Shown: positions 25,501 through 37,126 of the stretch, one piece after another
How positions within the stretch are numbered: position 1 is the stretch's first letter
How the letters are laid out: every line of letters begins with the position of its first letter
Notes under the pieces: generated by a model
Databases searched by the model: none
What the model was told of the DNA's origin: nothing
The model's input: the letters and a program-made list of their open reading frames with translations, nothing else
NCBI RefSeq assembly: GCF_964355755.1
Contig: NC_092677.1
Span: forward strand, 4,672,101-4,736,100
Direction of reading: 5' to 3'
Origin: Antedon mediterranea
Lineage: Eukaryota > Animalia > Echinodermata
DNA: 64,000 nt
Position numbers and translations under genes: made by a program

Positions 25501-27948
25501 GTAACTATGTGGTCAACTGTATACTCAACAAAGTACAGATTTTACTAATAAAAACAGTTCTAACTTTTGTTTCCTTTATTCTGAACTATATATAATTTTA
25601 AAACTATTTAATACAGTATAATATTTAACAACATTTCTTGTTGCTACTAAATTCACTAAGTAACAATTGTCCATAGGACTAATCATCCTTATAAAATGGC
25701 AGAAAAAAAAAGTTAACTAGTTTAACAATTTCCTTTTTTTTATAAATATTTTCTGTTTATCATACTAGATAAATAAATTTAAGAATTAATTACACCAAAT
25801 GTTGAGCCCAATGTTCCCTTCAGTGGGTCTTTTATTGAGCCAAGACCACCTAGTTTGCCACCAGCTGTACTGCCTAGAGACCCTACACTAGAGCCTAGAG
25901 TTGTGTCTTTTTTCAATGGTGCAAGAGACTGAAAAAGAACAAGCACAAAAGTTTAGCAATTTTATACAGTACTACAATACAATCATAAATTTGTAATTAA
26001 CTTATGATCAGCAAGAAACCAATATGGTAAACACATACCAAGTGACTATCATCATCATGAGCTACGCTAGTTAGATCAATTAATTTGCTGCTGGTCTCTA
26101 GTTTAAAAAGGGCATTATATAATTAGTATAATCTCAAGCCATTTTTATTATTTAAAACGCTGATAAAATAATAACATACTGATCCTAAGAGTCCAATTTT
26201 CTTCTCATTAACATCCTTCTTAGCTGCTTTTTTTTCTTTCTTGTCTTTTTTCTTCTTTCCATCTTTCTTACTTCCGGACGCTTTTCCAGACAAGGCTAGC
26301 TTCTCTCGCTCTTCCTTGACCATTGACCGGTAGAATTCATCACAAGGGTGATCCCACACACTGTCCCCAGTTGAAAAGTTGAAGTAGTAGATGTCTTGAT
26401 TTGTGTCTTGACTATCGGATTTAAATATAATTTTAATACAGTAAAACCCCTTCTTTGATATACCCCTATTCAGGGGACACTCCTATTCTTAATCTCAGCA
26501 AGATGAATTTTGTTTGGTCCTGAAGGTGTTCCCTTAATAGGAGTTTTACTGTACACCCATCAGTCTCATTTATTAGTCATGCTTAAACATGGTATTTGCT
26601 ATGATCCAGAGATTGGATTTTAACCAGTTTGCCAGCTTATCTGAAATCTACAGTAGCCCTTACCATGGTTTCCAGTCTTCTGGTAAAGGTGCAATGATGC
26701 CTTCACGGGCAATCCACATCAACTCTGGGTCTTCATCTGGGTCTATACCAATCACACCTGCATACTCTCTAATTTCTATCAAAAGCAAACACAACATTTT
26801 GTTTCAATAATTTGTGATTGGGATTTGAGCTTCATCAGGCATGCCTATCTATGGAATGTTGGGTAATTTTATTCTGAGAGGTGATCAGAGGAGTACGAAA
26901 TATTTAAGCGTAACCAATTGAGGATATGTCTAATTATATGTCAAATCATTACATTGAATATCTGAATAGCCTATAGTATAGTATAAGATACAGAACAGAA
27001 CAAGTAACCTGAGTAGCCTATAGTATAGTATAAGATACAGAACAGAACAAGTAACCTGAGTAGCCTATAGTATAGTATAGATACAGAACAGAACAAGTAA
27101 CCTGAGTAGCCTATAGTATAGTATAAGATACAGAACAGAACAAGTAACCTGAGTAGCTTATAGTATAGTATAAGATACAGAACAGAACAAGTAACCTGAG
27201 TAGCCTATAGTATACAAATAATGAATGTTTATGAGTGCAATGGTACAAATAATGGCACGAGGTGAATGATGAAAGGTTATATCAACGAGGCAAAGCCGAG
27301 TTGATATAACCTTTCATCATTCACCAAGTGCCATTATTTGTACCATTACACGAATACAAAACATTCATTATTTGTTTTATATAACATCTAGACGTTTTTT
27401 TTTCGTACACAAAAATGTTTCAAAAAGTACTATTTAACGATCGTTGAATAGTGCGTACTATTGCACGCCATGTGACCCACATTCGTCCAATCAAATGACA
27501 GGAATTTATATAGGTGTTATATAATATAGTATAAGAAACAGAACAAGTAACCTGAGTAGCCTATAGTATAGTATAAGATACAGAACAGAACAAGTAACCT
27601 GAGTAGCCTATAGTACAGTAGAAGATACAGAACAGAACAAGTAACCTGAGTAGCCTATAGTATAGTAGAAGATACAGAACAGAACAAGTAACCTGAGTAG
27701 CCTATAGTATAGTATAAGATACAGAACAGAACAAGTAACCTGAGTAGCCTATAGTATAGTATAAGATACAGAACAGAACAAGTAACCTGAGTAGCCTATA
27801 GTATAGTATAAGAAACAGAACAAGTAACCTGAGTAGCCTATAGTATAGTATAAGATACAGAACAGAACAAGTAACCTTCTTCATTTGGTTGGTAGTTCTC
27901 ATCATAGTCTTCCTCCAGAATAAGCTGATCTCCCATTAAAGAAGACAT
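16533..27948 (-). CDS. CEP164: Centrosomal protein of 164 kDa, multi-exon
   Basis: N-terminus [24 protein letters not shown]|[37 protein letters not shown], then the WW domain ([22 protein letters not shown]), long E/K coiled-coil exons, the [10 protein letters not shown] motif and C-terminal [16 protein letters not shown]. Confidence 0.95.
19048..19190. mobile_element. MITE (GTCTACACTATCAAACTTTATGTG TIR family)
   Basis: Inverted ends TCTACACTATCAAACTTTATGTG ... CACATAAAGTTTGATAGTGTAGA. Confidence 0.8.
21473..21835 (-). mobile_element. tRNA-derived SINE
   Basis: On the minus strand: A box TGGCCGAGCGG, B box GGTTCGAGGC, a central GGATAAGGACTATAAACCGTAGGTCC block (Nin/Deu-domain-like, from memory) and an A-rich tail. 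Confidence 0.85.
26428..26553. mobile_element. Tc1/mariner-pogo-type MITE
   Basis: TA|CAGTAAAACC ... GAGTTTTACTG|TA, giving TIRs with a TA target site. Confidence 0.7.
26962..27877. repeat. 47-bp tandem repeat in the first coding-region intron of CEP164, interrupted by an insertion
   Basis: Unit GAGTAGCCTATAGTATAGTATAAGATACAGAACAGAACAAGTAACCT, ~13 copies, ending exactly at the exon donor. Confidence 0.95.
27213..27525. mobile_element. Hairpin-bearing interspersed element inserted in the 47-bp array
   Basis: A ~160-bp near-perfect palindrome centred on CGAGGCAAAGCCGAG, plus a second inverted pair TTATATAACATCTA ... TAGGTGTTATATAA. Confidence 0.75.
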
Positions 27949-28777
27949 TATTATGGTTTCTAACTACAGGTTATTCTTCAATGAATAAGTTCCTATAAAG
28001 AAAAAAAAAGAGGTTTGATAACAAAATAATAATAATAGGTAGGTTTATAATAGTTATTACTAGAATAATTCTAGGCCCTATTACATTACATACCTAAATA
28101 AATACAATTAATTAATATAATCCTATTTTATGCAGGGTCTGTGCAGTGTCAATCATAGTCTTTGCTTGTGCACGTAACACACGAAATTAAAATGCATAGG
28201 CTAAAAGATCTAACGGTCTAGCCTAGCCTAACTAACACAGAATATCCTAGGCCTTCTAGCTCGTTCGCTAATCAACCAAGGCTACGGCCTCCTAACCTAT
28301 AGATAGGCTAGATAGGCCTTTTTTAGTTTAAATAGAGGAGAGGAGAGCCAGCAGAATGCAGGCCTAACTAAAATACTAATAAATATACTCAGATTGTACA
28401 CAACAATGCGGTTGTGATATTGTTGATGTAAACCATAAATATATACTTTGTAAACATACACATTGTTCGTAGACTTCAATGCATTCAAAACAGTAGATTT
28501 CGATCAAAAATGATGTCCTTATAAACATTGTGTTTAGTGATTGTTTTTGTATTTTTTATTTAGCGTCGTTTTATTGTCAGCCGACGTTGAGGGCCAGCTA
28601 TGAGCGGCCACATTCGTATTATTTCCCGTGGTAAAGTAGTAATAAACTCTTAATAACAACTTTAGTAAAACAAAACAAAAACATATTCAATTTGTTTCCT
28701 TGCTAATTTATTTTGTGTATAGTTAACATAAACATTTATAGAAAGCTACAATTTTAAAGCAACATAAATTGAAATAA

Positions 28778-28818
28778 CTAGATGGTACGCTCGCTTCGCT
28801 CGCGTACCATCTAGGTTG
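28778..28818. repeat. Palindrome CTAGATGGTACGC-TCGCTTCGCTC-GCGTACCATCTAG
   Basis: 13-bp perfect stem. The sequence homologous to other A-type 3' UTRs is interrupted from about here, so it is probably the end of an inserted element. Confidence 0.7.
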
Positions 28819-29060
28819 TAGCCGCGACCTACACGTACTGCTTGTTTTTAAATTCAAATTCTATATAGTTTATATATAATTCATTGGTGCAGATTATCTA
28901 TTTGTTGTTATTTTTTATATCGTTATATACTTTTTACAGTACACCAAACACATATTGGTAAGTTTCATCATGGGATTTGAACAATATAATGTTTGATTGC
29001 TTGTTTGGTGCACGTCATAATGACGTAATTGTTTTTATACGTTTAGGTCTAGTCTACAAC

Positions 29061-32000
29061 TTATGTATTCCGAATGTTACTATAAGGTGATTCTACTAGA
29101 ACTTTCCCTTCATTTGATGACGTACTGACAACACATTTCCCCTCACTTAGGTTCGGCTCTTCGTAAATGGCAGCACTCTCCGAATCGTTCACTTCTTGGT
29201 ATTGATTATTAATTTCGATTTCTCTTACTCGTCTCTGCACCCGTCTATGCGCCTGTATTTCCTTGAAGAAAAAAATGATAAAAAGATATGCACCGTAAAT
29301 TTGATTGATAAATTAATGAACGTATCCTATACTGTGAAAAATAATACCATCTGTCCCGATGTCATAGATAATACAATGGTTTGCCAATGGTATCTTCTCT
29401 ATTTCTACTAGTTTCTGTCGAAGCAAAGTTCATCATACATGTTTACATTAGTCGCTCGTGATCTTAAGAGTTTGTTCCCAATTGTTTGGATAATTGGCAG
29501 TCGTTTGATTTGATTTGCCTGACTGGAAACGGAACCGTGCCGGAATATTTATTTTAAAATACCTTGAGTTCTTCAGAAGAGGTTTTACGTGACGTAGTCC
29601 TACTGGCACTACCAGTGCTGAGCTCTTGGTAAACACCAGAACCACTTGATGCAAACTGCAGTGCTTGATACTGAGAATGTTGACATTTTATTTCTCTTAT
29701 TCGTCTTTCCTACACAAACAATATTATAGATACGTTTTGGTGAAAGTGTAACATTATAAATATTGACACATTAGTTAGTTGCAAACACCGCCTGTGTCAT
29801 AGGCTACAATTTGAATTATCATACATGATTGGATAAAAAGCATCATGTGAATAATAATAATGCGTAGGTCCTATAACATACAGAATCATATAAGTAATGA
29901 TGTTAAATGCGCGTTTGTCTATCTAAAATAGTGTTGTGGGATTTAATCATGTACTTATACATTTATCCAATTTAATCTAATATATATAGGTACATGATTT
30001 AATAAACATCTACTTACATAAATATAACGGGTTGTTATGAATGTAGGAACGGAGCCGAAGATAAATGCAAAAATAGCTACTAGTACTGTAACTATCGGAA
30101 ACGATTCATCTAGAACGAGCTGATCTAGAAAATTAAATAATTGAACATTGTAAACACAAGAATAGAATAAATACAGTTTGCATTGCCGCTTGGTATGAGG
30201 TACTTTCTCATTATTCACTATATCTTTTAATTATTACTAAAGTTAATTCTTAAATGTTACCGTTAGACTGAATTCTTGTTTTGAATCCGTTCTATTTCAA
30301 AGAGTATAAATTAAGGTCATAAAACATAAAAAACGCAGGTGTACCTGTATAACAGTTCTTTAGTATTGTTATGTCATTAAACTTTTCATTCTCTGCATAA
30401 CATGTAATATTTGATTGACATGTCTCATCATTAATTTCTATAGTTGCTGTACTTTCTCCTCCTCTCTTAATCTCTTTTCCATCTTGTAATATCAATACTG
30501 ATGATGGCTTGGGATTGCCCTCTGCTGTACATGTTGCTACACCATCTTTAGATGTGAAATCAACATGAATATCTAAGAAAACAATAAAACAATCGGCTGG
30601 ATGAAACTCGATTCGTAATTATTAGTTGTTTAGCGAAGAATTGGTGTAGTACGGCCAAAAGCTAGGCGGTTTTGGTGGTATGGAGTGGTGTGTATGGGAC
30701 GGGTTTTCAACTGTTGTCAAAATAAGAACAGTGTTATTTGTACATACAATATACAATTAATTCTCTTGCTTCACTTGTTTTAGCATCCTCTCCTTTAAAC
30801 TGGTCACTTAATGCTTTACATGTATATCTCCCACCATCTTCTCCAGTTGCTGATTTAATTTTAAGAACTGACTCTGATCTGTATTGTGCAATTTCATATC
30901 TAGAAGGGTTGTTGGTGTTGACTGTCTGTCCATCTTTATACCAAGTAATGTGAGGAATAGGATCCCCATCAGCTTTACTACAGATAAAGGTCACTGATTG
31001 ACCTTCGTTGATGACATTTTCTGACGCAGAAAGAAGTGGTTGATCCAAGTCTGAGTAAAATTAAAATAGTGCAAGTAGTATCGTAGTTAATATACCAAAT
31101 TTCAATCAATCAATAAAGTAATCTTGAAATACAACCTTATTTAAAAAGAGAAATTTCCTTGTCTTTACAGTTGCCAGATATGGCATACAGTCGGGAAGCA
31201 TTACATATTTTAGACATTTAGGCCCCTATGCTTATTTTGTATGATTAGAATTATTCTAATTTCAGGAAAATTTTACATCATTTCTTTCCTCTCGGGAAGT
31301 TTGTTTTAGCAAACGAACTATTTAAAGGGCAAAATGATGCTTTCAATGTGAAAAAAAATTAAAATTTCTGTCAATAAGTTTTGTTATATGAATATGAATA
31401 ATAATAAGAAGTTGTTAAAATGAGTATGTTACTCACAATATACAGTTAGAATAGACTGATTTGATCTTCCAATTTCTCCATCCATTGTTCGTATCTCACA
31501 CAGAAATGTTCGTCCAGAATCATATCTCATTGGCTGTGACATCACCAAGTCAGCTTTCCCAGGTTTTATGTTTAATTTAAAACGTCCATTTTGTATCTTC
31601 TTATCATTAACAAGTACAAGAATAAATAAATTGCCATCTAGCATACCGGTACCCCATTCTATTGCATAAGGTGCAGTAGTAAACTGTGAATAATCACAAG
31701 TTATAACCACTTCAGCATCACCTTCCTTGGCTGTCTGGTCAGATGTTGTCACTAATTGGCATCGTGATTCTATAAAGATTATCAAACGTCCAGTCTTTAT
31801 TATACAGTAATAGGCTATTAATTGAAAACTGTATATAAGATGTTTTTTTTTTAAACTTTAATTGAAATTATTGATGAATTCATTCATATATTTGTAATAA
31901 TAATTGAGATAAAGTGTCTTGATAAAGCAATAATCATACATAACAACATTATAAATCTTATTTTGATTTAACATTCATTTGTCTGTTATTTTAAACAGAT

Positions 32001-32121
32001 ACAAATTATAATGCCTTTATCAGACCATATTCTATTGCATAAAAACTATAATTAGGTAGTACTGAATTAGTTTACCGAATAAAGAGTGTATAACAACTAA
32101 CAGCACCAACCATACAGTCAT
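29061..32121 (-). CDS. IgSF receptor copy 1 (A-type tail): SP-V-I-Ig3-TM-ITAM-like/ITIM-like
   Basis: Exons 32121-32076 (MTVWLVLLVVIHSLF), 31769-31437 (V), 31050-30748 (I-set, WYKDG, DGGRYTC), 30572-30345, 30124 or 30109-30018 (TM), ~29709-29563 (SQYQAL-x9-YQEL) and 29252-29061 (YQEV, YEEP, SPYSNI*). Intron phases 1-1-1-1-0-0, frame open throughout. Confidence 0.9.
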
Positions 32122-32584
32122 ATCTGTGGGGAAATGATAATATTTACATTCAATAGGCTTAATTAATATTGAAGTTCCCATCTATAATGGATGTAGTGTA
32201 TACCTTATCTGTTTCACTATTTTTTCATTTCATTTCATTCATTTTATTCATCAATTAAAATAATTATAAAACATGTCAAAGATAAAATGCATACAAGATG
32301 AAAAGGATCAACAACAAAAAGCTAAAAGCTTCAACAGGGTTGAAGACAACTATAAAACAGCTAATACTATCAATATGCCTAAATAAAAATAATAACAACA
32401 GATATCAGAATCGTCATAATGATTCTACTTACGGTAACTTATCATCATTGATAAAGTCTTCAAATCAATGTTGACAACGCGCTCCTCCTTTACCCTCTTA
32501 CACATAAACAAATTTAGATTACACTTTTTCATTAGAAACCAATCAATAAACGCCAATAACCATTATTACTATTAAATTAATTAC

Positions 32585-32905
32585 TCACCTCTATTTCTGT
32601 GTACCTGCATGTCTGCGTTTTCATTTTTGTTAAAGATATACAGACAATCTTTGATATATATGTAATTTATTTGTTTCGATCTCGTGAAAAGAAGTTGGTT
32701 CGTTAGTTTCAATTATGTTATATCGTATTATTGCTGATTTGATTAATTTGTTACCACACAAACAAAATGACAACTTTTGTAAAAAGTAAACACTAATAGT
32801 CTCCATTTAATCTCGCCTTTTAAACTAACTTTTCGGAGATTTTCGATTACATTGCAACTCGTTTCCAATTGAAACTATATTTCTTCTACCCACCCGGAAA
32901 AGAGT
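32585..32905 (-). promoter_or_regulatory. Putative promoter and non-coding first exon of the Ig genes (paralogous at ~37597, ~42553, ~47256, ~53162, ~60508)
   Basis: Conserved donor (GAG|GTGAGTAA) upstream of every signal-peptide exon, a conserved TATATATA-like box ~65-80 bp beyond it, and a conserved ACCCGGAAAAG block in copies 1, 2, 4 and 6. Confidence 0.55.
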
Positions 32906-33698
32906 GTTGTTATAAGTTTAATTGCTCAAATACTAGAGGAAAAAACTCCACAATTGTTGTTGATTGGTCTACACCTGTGTAGTTAAAAAAATGTCACATA
33001 ATCTACAACATGCTGCTGCTTATGTTTTATATTTTATACCTAAATAATGTATTATTATATGTGTGTTGATAAATACTAAATACATTTAGGCCTAAGAAAT
33101 ATAATAATAACACTAAAAACTTGAGTCAACTAATAATACTCATTTATACAGTTCAGTTTAATTATTGTCTAATTAAACATTTGTGTACAAAAATAGGGTT
33201 GTACTGGCTAATTTGAATTATCCCCTTACAGACATGCTTATTTAAAGACAAATCGTGTGACACAAAAACAATCCTCAAAATTATGAAACACAAGAGAACT
33301 AGGCCTATAGATTTATTATTGGAATATAATCATATAGATTTTTTTGCTGTGCACATGTCCTTTAAACAACGCGATAAAAACAGTATAATAACACTACTTA
33401 TTTCTACCTATTTTATAATGCTGCTTTCATTACATTAGTATGCCTGGTCCCCTAGATGATAATAACGAGAATAAACAAACGTATTTTATACATAAATTAC
33501 GCTTAGGCAACTTTCAATTGTTATTGTACCGTAGTCCTATATTATGTTTTTGTTATGACTCTCGTATACTTACAGAAAACCATTTTGTATAACACTTTCG
33601 CTTATATATTTCCTCGTTTACCATCTACTTTATGTTATATATTTATTTCCTTCATGCAAAATTAAACAACATTTTTTTGTATTTATTAATTTATATTT

Positions 33699-36600
33699 TT
33701 AGTTATAGAACTGTTGAGAATAATGTGTTTCTGGAGTCTTTCCTTTTAGTGATGTACTGGTAACACCATCACGTGACGTATGTCCTTCGTACTGGGGATT
33801 TTGACATTCTATCTCAATCTTTCCTCCTCTTTTCTGAAAACAATAACATTAGGCCTATTGACTATTTTTAGATTAATCAATAAACCAAAAAATCAAACAT
33901 TTTACTGAACCTTGACAGTAAATGAAATATCAATAATCATAAAGAGGATGTGTGCCAATTTGACTAAGTATGTAATATCTTTAAAAGATACATTTGATTA
34001 TAATATTTCCGCGATAATACTGAATGTGCCACAGGAAATAATCAATAAAAGTGAGAGTTACACCCACAAAAGGGGGTTGTTGTTATGCAAACAAGATGCC
34101 TTAACAATTAATATTGTTTAGTTAGATAAGTTGTGTTACACTCCAAGGCATTATTGTACTGCGTCGTTTATTCAGAATTATTAATTTAAAAATGTTTACC
34201 TCTATTTTGCGCAATTCTTTCTTGGACGTAGTGAAGTCTTTTTTTATGTGTTGAAACTGAGGGTGTTTTATTTCTCTTTCCTAAAAAAATAATTGAGTTA
34301 AATCGAATGTTGTGGAATACTTAAGTAATACCTATAATATGTAGACGTTATTGTATATCATAACTGAAGGATAATATTTATTCCCAATTAATTTTTAAAT
34401 ACATACTACTTTATTAGACATAGGCTTGGTATATCTATCATCGTCTATGTCGGAGCTTGCTGAGCCTTTCAGACCTTGGTACTGAAGATTTTTGCATTCA
34501 ATTTCTATCACTTCTTTTTTCTAGAAAAAAAGTAGTTCCTATTTGTTAATTAGAAAGGTGTTGATAAACGTCTTATGTGGCGATGTCTAGTAATGGTGCG
34601 CTGAGTATTGTTCGTTTAAAGTGTTTTATTTTACTTTTAAAATACATACTATTTTTGATGTAGGCTTGACATATCCCTCCTCATCTATGGCGATAATAGA
34701 GTTTTCCGAAACTTGCAGATCTTGGTAGTCATGGTCTTGAAGTTCGATTTCTCCTACTTCTCTCTGTTAAACAATACCGTAGATGATGATTGTGTAAACA
34801 TTGATGTTTAGTTTTATATAGTTTGCATGTATGTATCCCTTACAAGTACTATTACTATTAGTTTGAACCTTACTTTACAGTGTGCAAAAATGGTAACACT
34901 TGCGTTTGAATTGTTACACATTAGTATAATTATAATGTTTAAAATGTATGTATACCTGTATTCTTGTTCTGGATATAGCTTTATTTGACGTCCTGTTAGC
35001 ACTAGCCTCCACTGTAGGACCTTTGTTGAGCTCTTTGCAGTCTCCAGCATTTGAAGAAAATTGCAATGATTGATATTGATGAAGACTTTGACATTTGGAA
35101 ATGATTTCTTCTTTCATTCGTTTTACCTTAAAAAATAACAGTAAAAACAGATAATAATACAAGTTTGTTTAAACGTACAAATATTAAGTTTCAAGAAAAA
35201 AAAAATGATATAATTTAGAACTATACTTACATAGATATAACGGATTATTAGGAAAGTCGGAGCAGAGCAAAGAATTGCAGTTATTGTTATAGTTATCAAT
35301 ATACTCATTGTACATGAACAGCCACCTAGAAAATTCAATGTGGAATGTTGAAATATATATTATCGTAGCACACTTTGCTGCTAAAACAATATTAACCATA
35401 AATCATTATAATATCATGCCAACTGGTACAACAATTTAAATATCAATTTGCGCAGTAAGATATACTTAGCACAACTATGAGAATACATATTATAGCGCCT
35501 ATGCACAGGATATTTTTACGGCAGAAACACTTGTACTATACCTGTGTTACACTCAAGTGGTGCTGTTTCACGAAGCCTTTCATTCTTTGCATAACATGTA
35601 GGTCTAATACTTGTTTGACATATCTCATCATTAATTTCTATAGTTGCTGTATTGTTTCCTTTCTTAACCACTTCTCCATCTTGTAATATCAATACTGATG
35701 ATGGCTTGGGATGGCCCTCTGCTGTACAGGTCGCAAAACCATTTGCAAGTTTAAATGTTACAATAATATCTAACAAAAGGGATAAAAAAAAGTTCTGAAC
35801 TCTAGTAGTCATTTTCACTTATGACGCAACAAACGTATATTTGTACATTATTTACCGGAAAATATGGAAAAAAAATGTGTTAATGATAATGGTGGAACAT
35901 TTCAAGAACTTATAAGCTTTACATACTATATATGTTAAACTGTCTTCCTTCACTTGTTTTACCATCCTCTCCTATAAACTGATCACTTTCTATTTTACAT
36001 GTATATCTCCCATCATTTTCTTCAGTAGCAGATATAATTGTAAGAAATGACTCTGTACTGTTGTTTGCAATCTCATATCTAGAAGGGTTGTCGGTGTTGA
36101 CTTTCTGTCCATCTTTGTACCAAGTAGCCCTAATGTAAGGAATGGGATCACCATCAGGTCTATAACAGGTGTAGGTCACTGATTGACCTTCATATGCTAA
36201 TGCTGCTGATGCAGAAAGGAGTGGTTGATCTAAGTCTGAATAAAAATATGATGATAGATTACTGTGCTGGCCAATATTAACCACCTGTACAGTGTCATAC
36301 AGGTGGACTATTATTATATTACAACCAGAAAACTATTATATTATATTAAATTATAAATTATAAAAATGGAAGATTCGTTTATCAGATTCTTTGTTATTTG
36401 AAGAAGACAAAAAATCAATGTTAACAATTGAATTATTGTTATATTATAATTTAACCTTACTCACAATAAACAGTTAGAATAGATGGATTTGAGCTTTTAA
36501 TATCTGCACTTGTTGTTAGTATCGCACACCGAAATGTTCGTCCAGAATCATTCCTCATTGGCTGTGACATCACCAAGTCAGCTTTCTCCGGTTTTATGTT

Positions 36601-37126
36601 TAATTTAAAACGACCATTTTCTAGCTTATTATCATCTACAAAGTTAATAGTAGATCCATCTTCATATAGTTCATACCATTCTATTGCATACGGTGTAGTA
36701 GTAGTAAATTGTGAATAATCACAAGTTATCACTACTTCAACATCACCTTCTTTGGCTGTCTGGTCAGACGTTGTCAACAATTGACCACGTGATTCTAAAG
36801 ATTAAGAATGCAAAACGTTACTGTCTTGCTTATGCATAAATTTATAGGCTATTATTATGGAAAACTAATGTAAGCAATATAGCCTTTTCCATTTTTTAAA
36901 ACTTTAAGTAACATGATTGATGAATTGATACATTTTCTGATAATAAAGTATAAGTTATAAAGCAAAGAAGTAATCATGTATACATAACAACATTTATTCG
37001 CAGATACAAATTATAATGCATCTGGCAGAACATTATTAATTGAAAACTATCACTGGTATATTACTCTGAATTTAGTTTACCGAATAAAGAGTGTATAACA
37101 ATTAGCAGCACCAACCATACAGTCAT
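33699..37126 (-). CDS. IgSF receptor copy 2 (long B-type tail, 5 cytoplasmic exons)
   Basis: Exons 37126-37081, 36794-36465, 36235-35927, 35769-35542, 35325-35231 (TM), 35126-34956, 34763-34650, 34520-34407, 34280-34200 and 33833-33699. Frame open. Tail motifs YQSL, YQDL, YVKP, LQYQGL, YTKP, YEGH and HYSQQFYN*. Confidence 0.88.
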
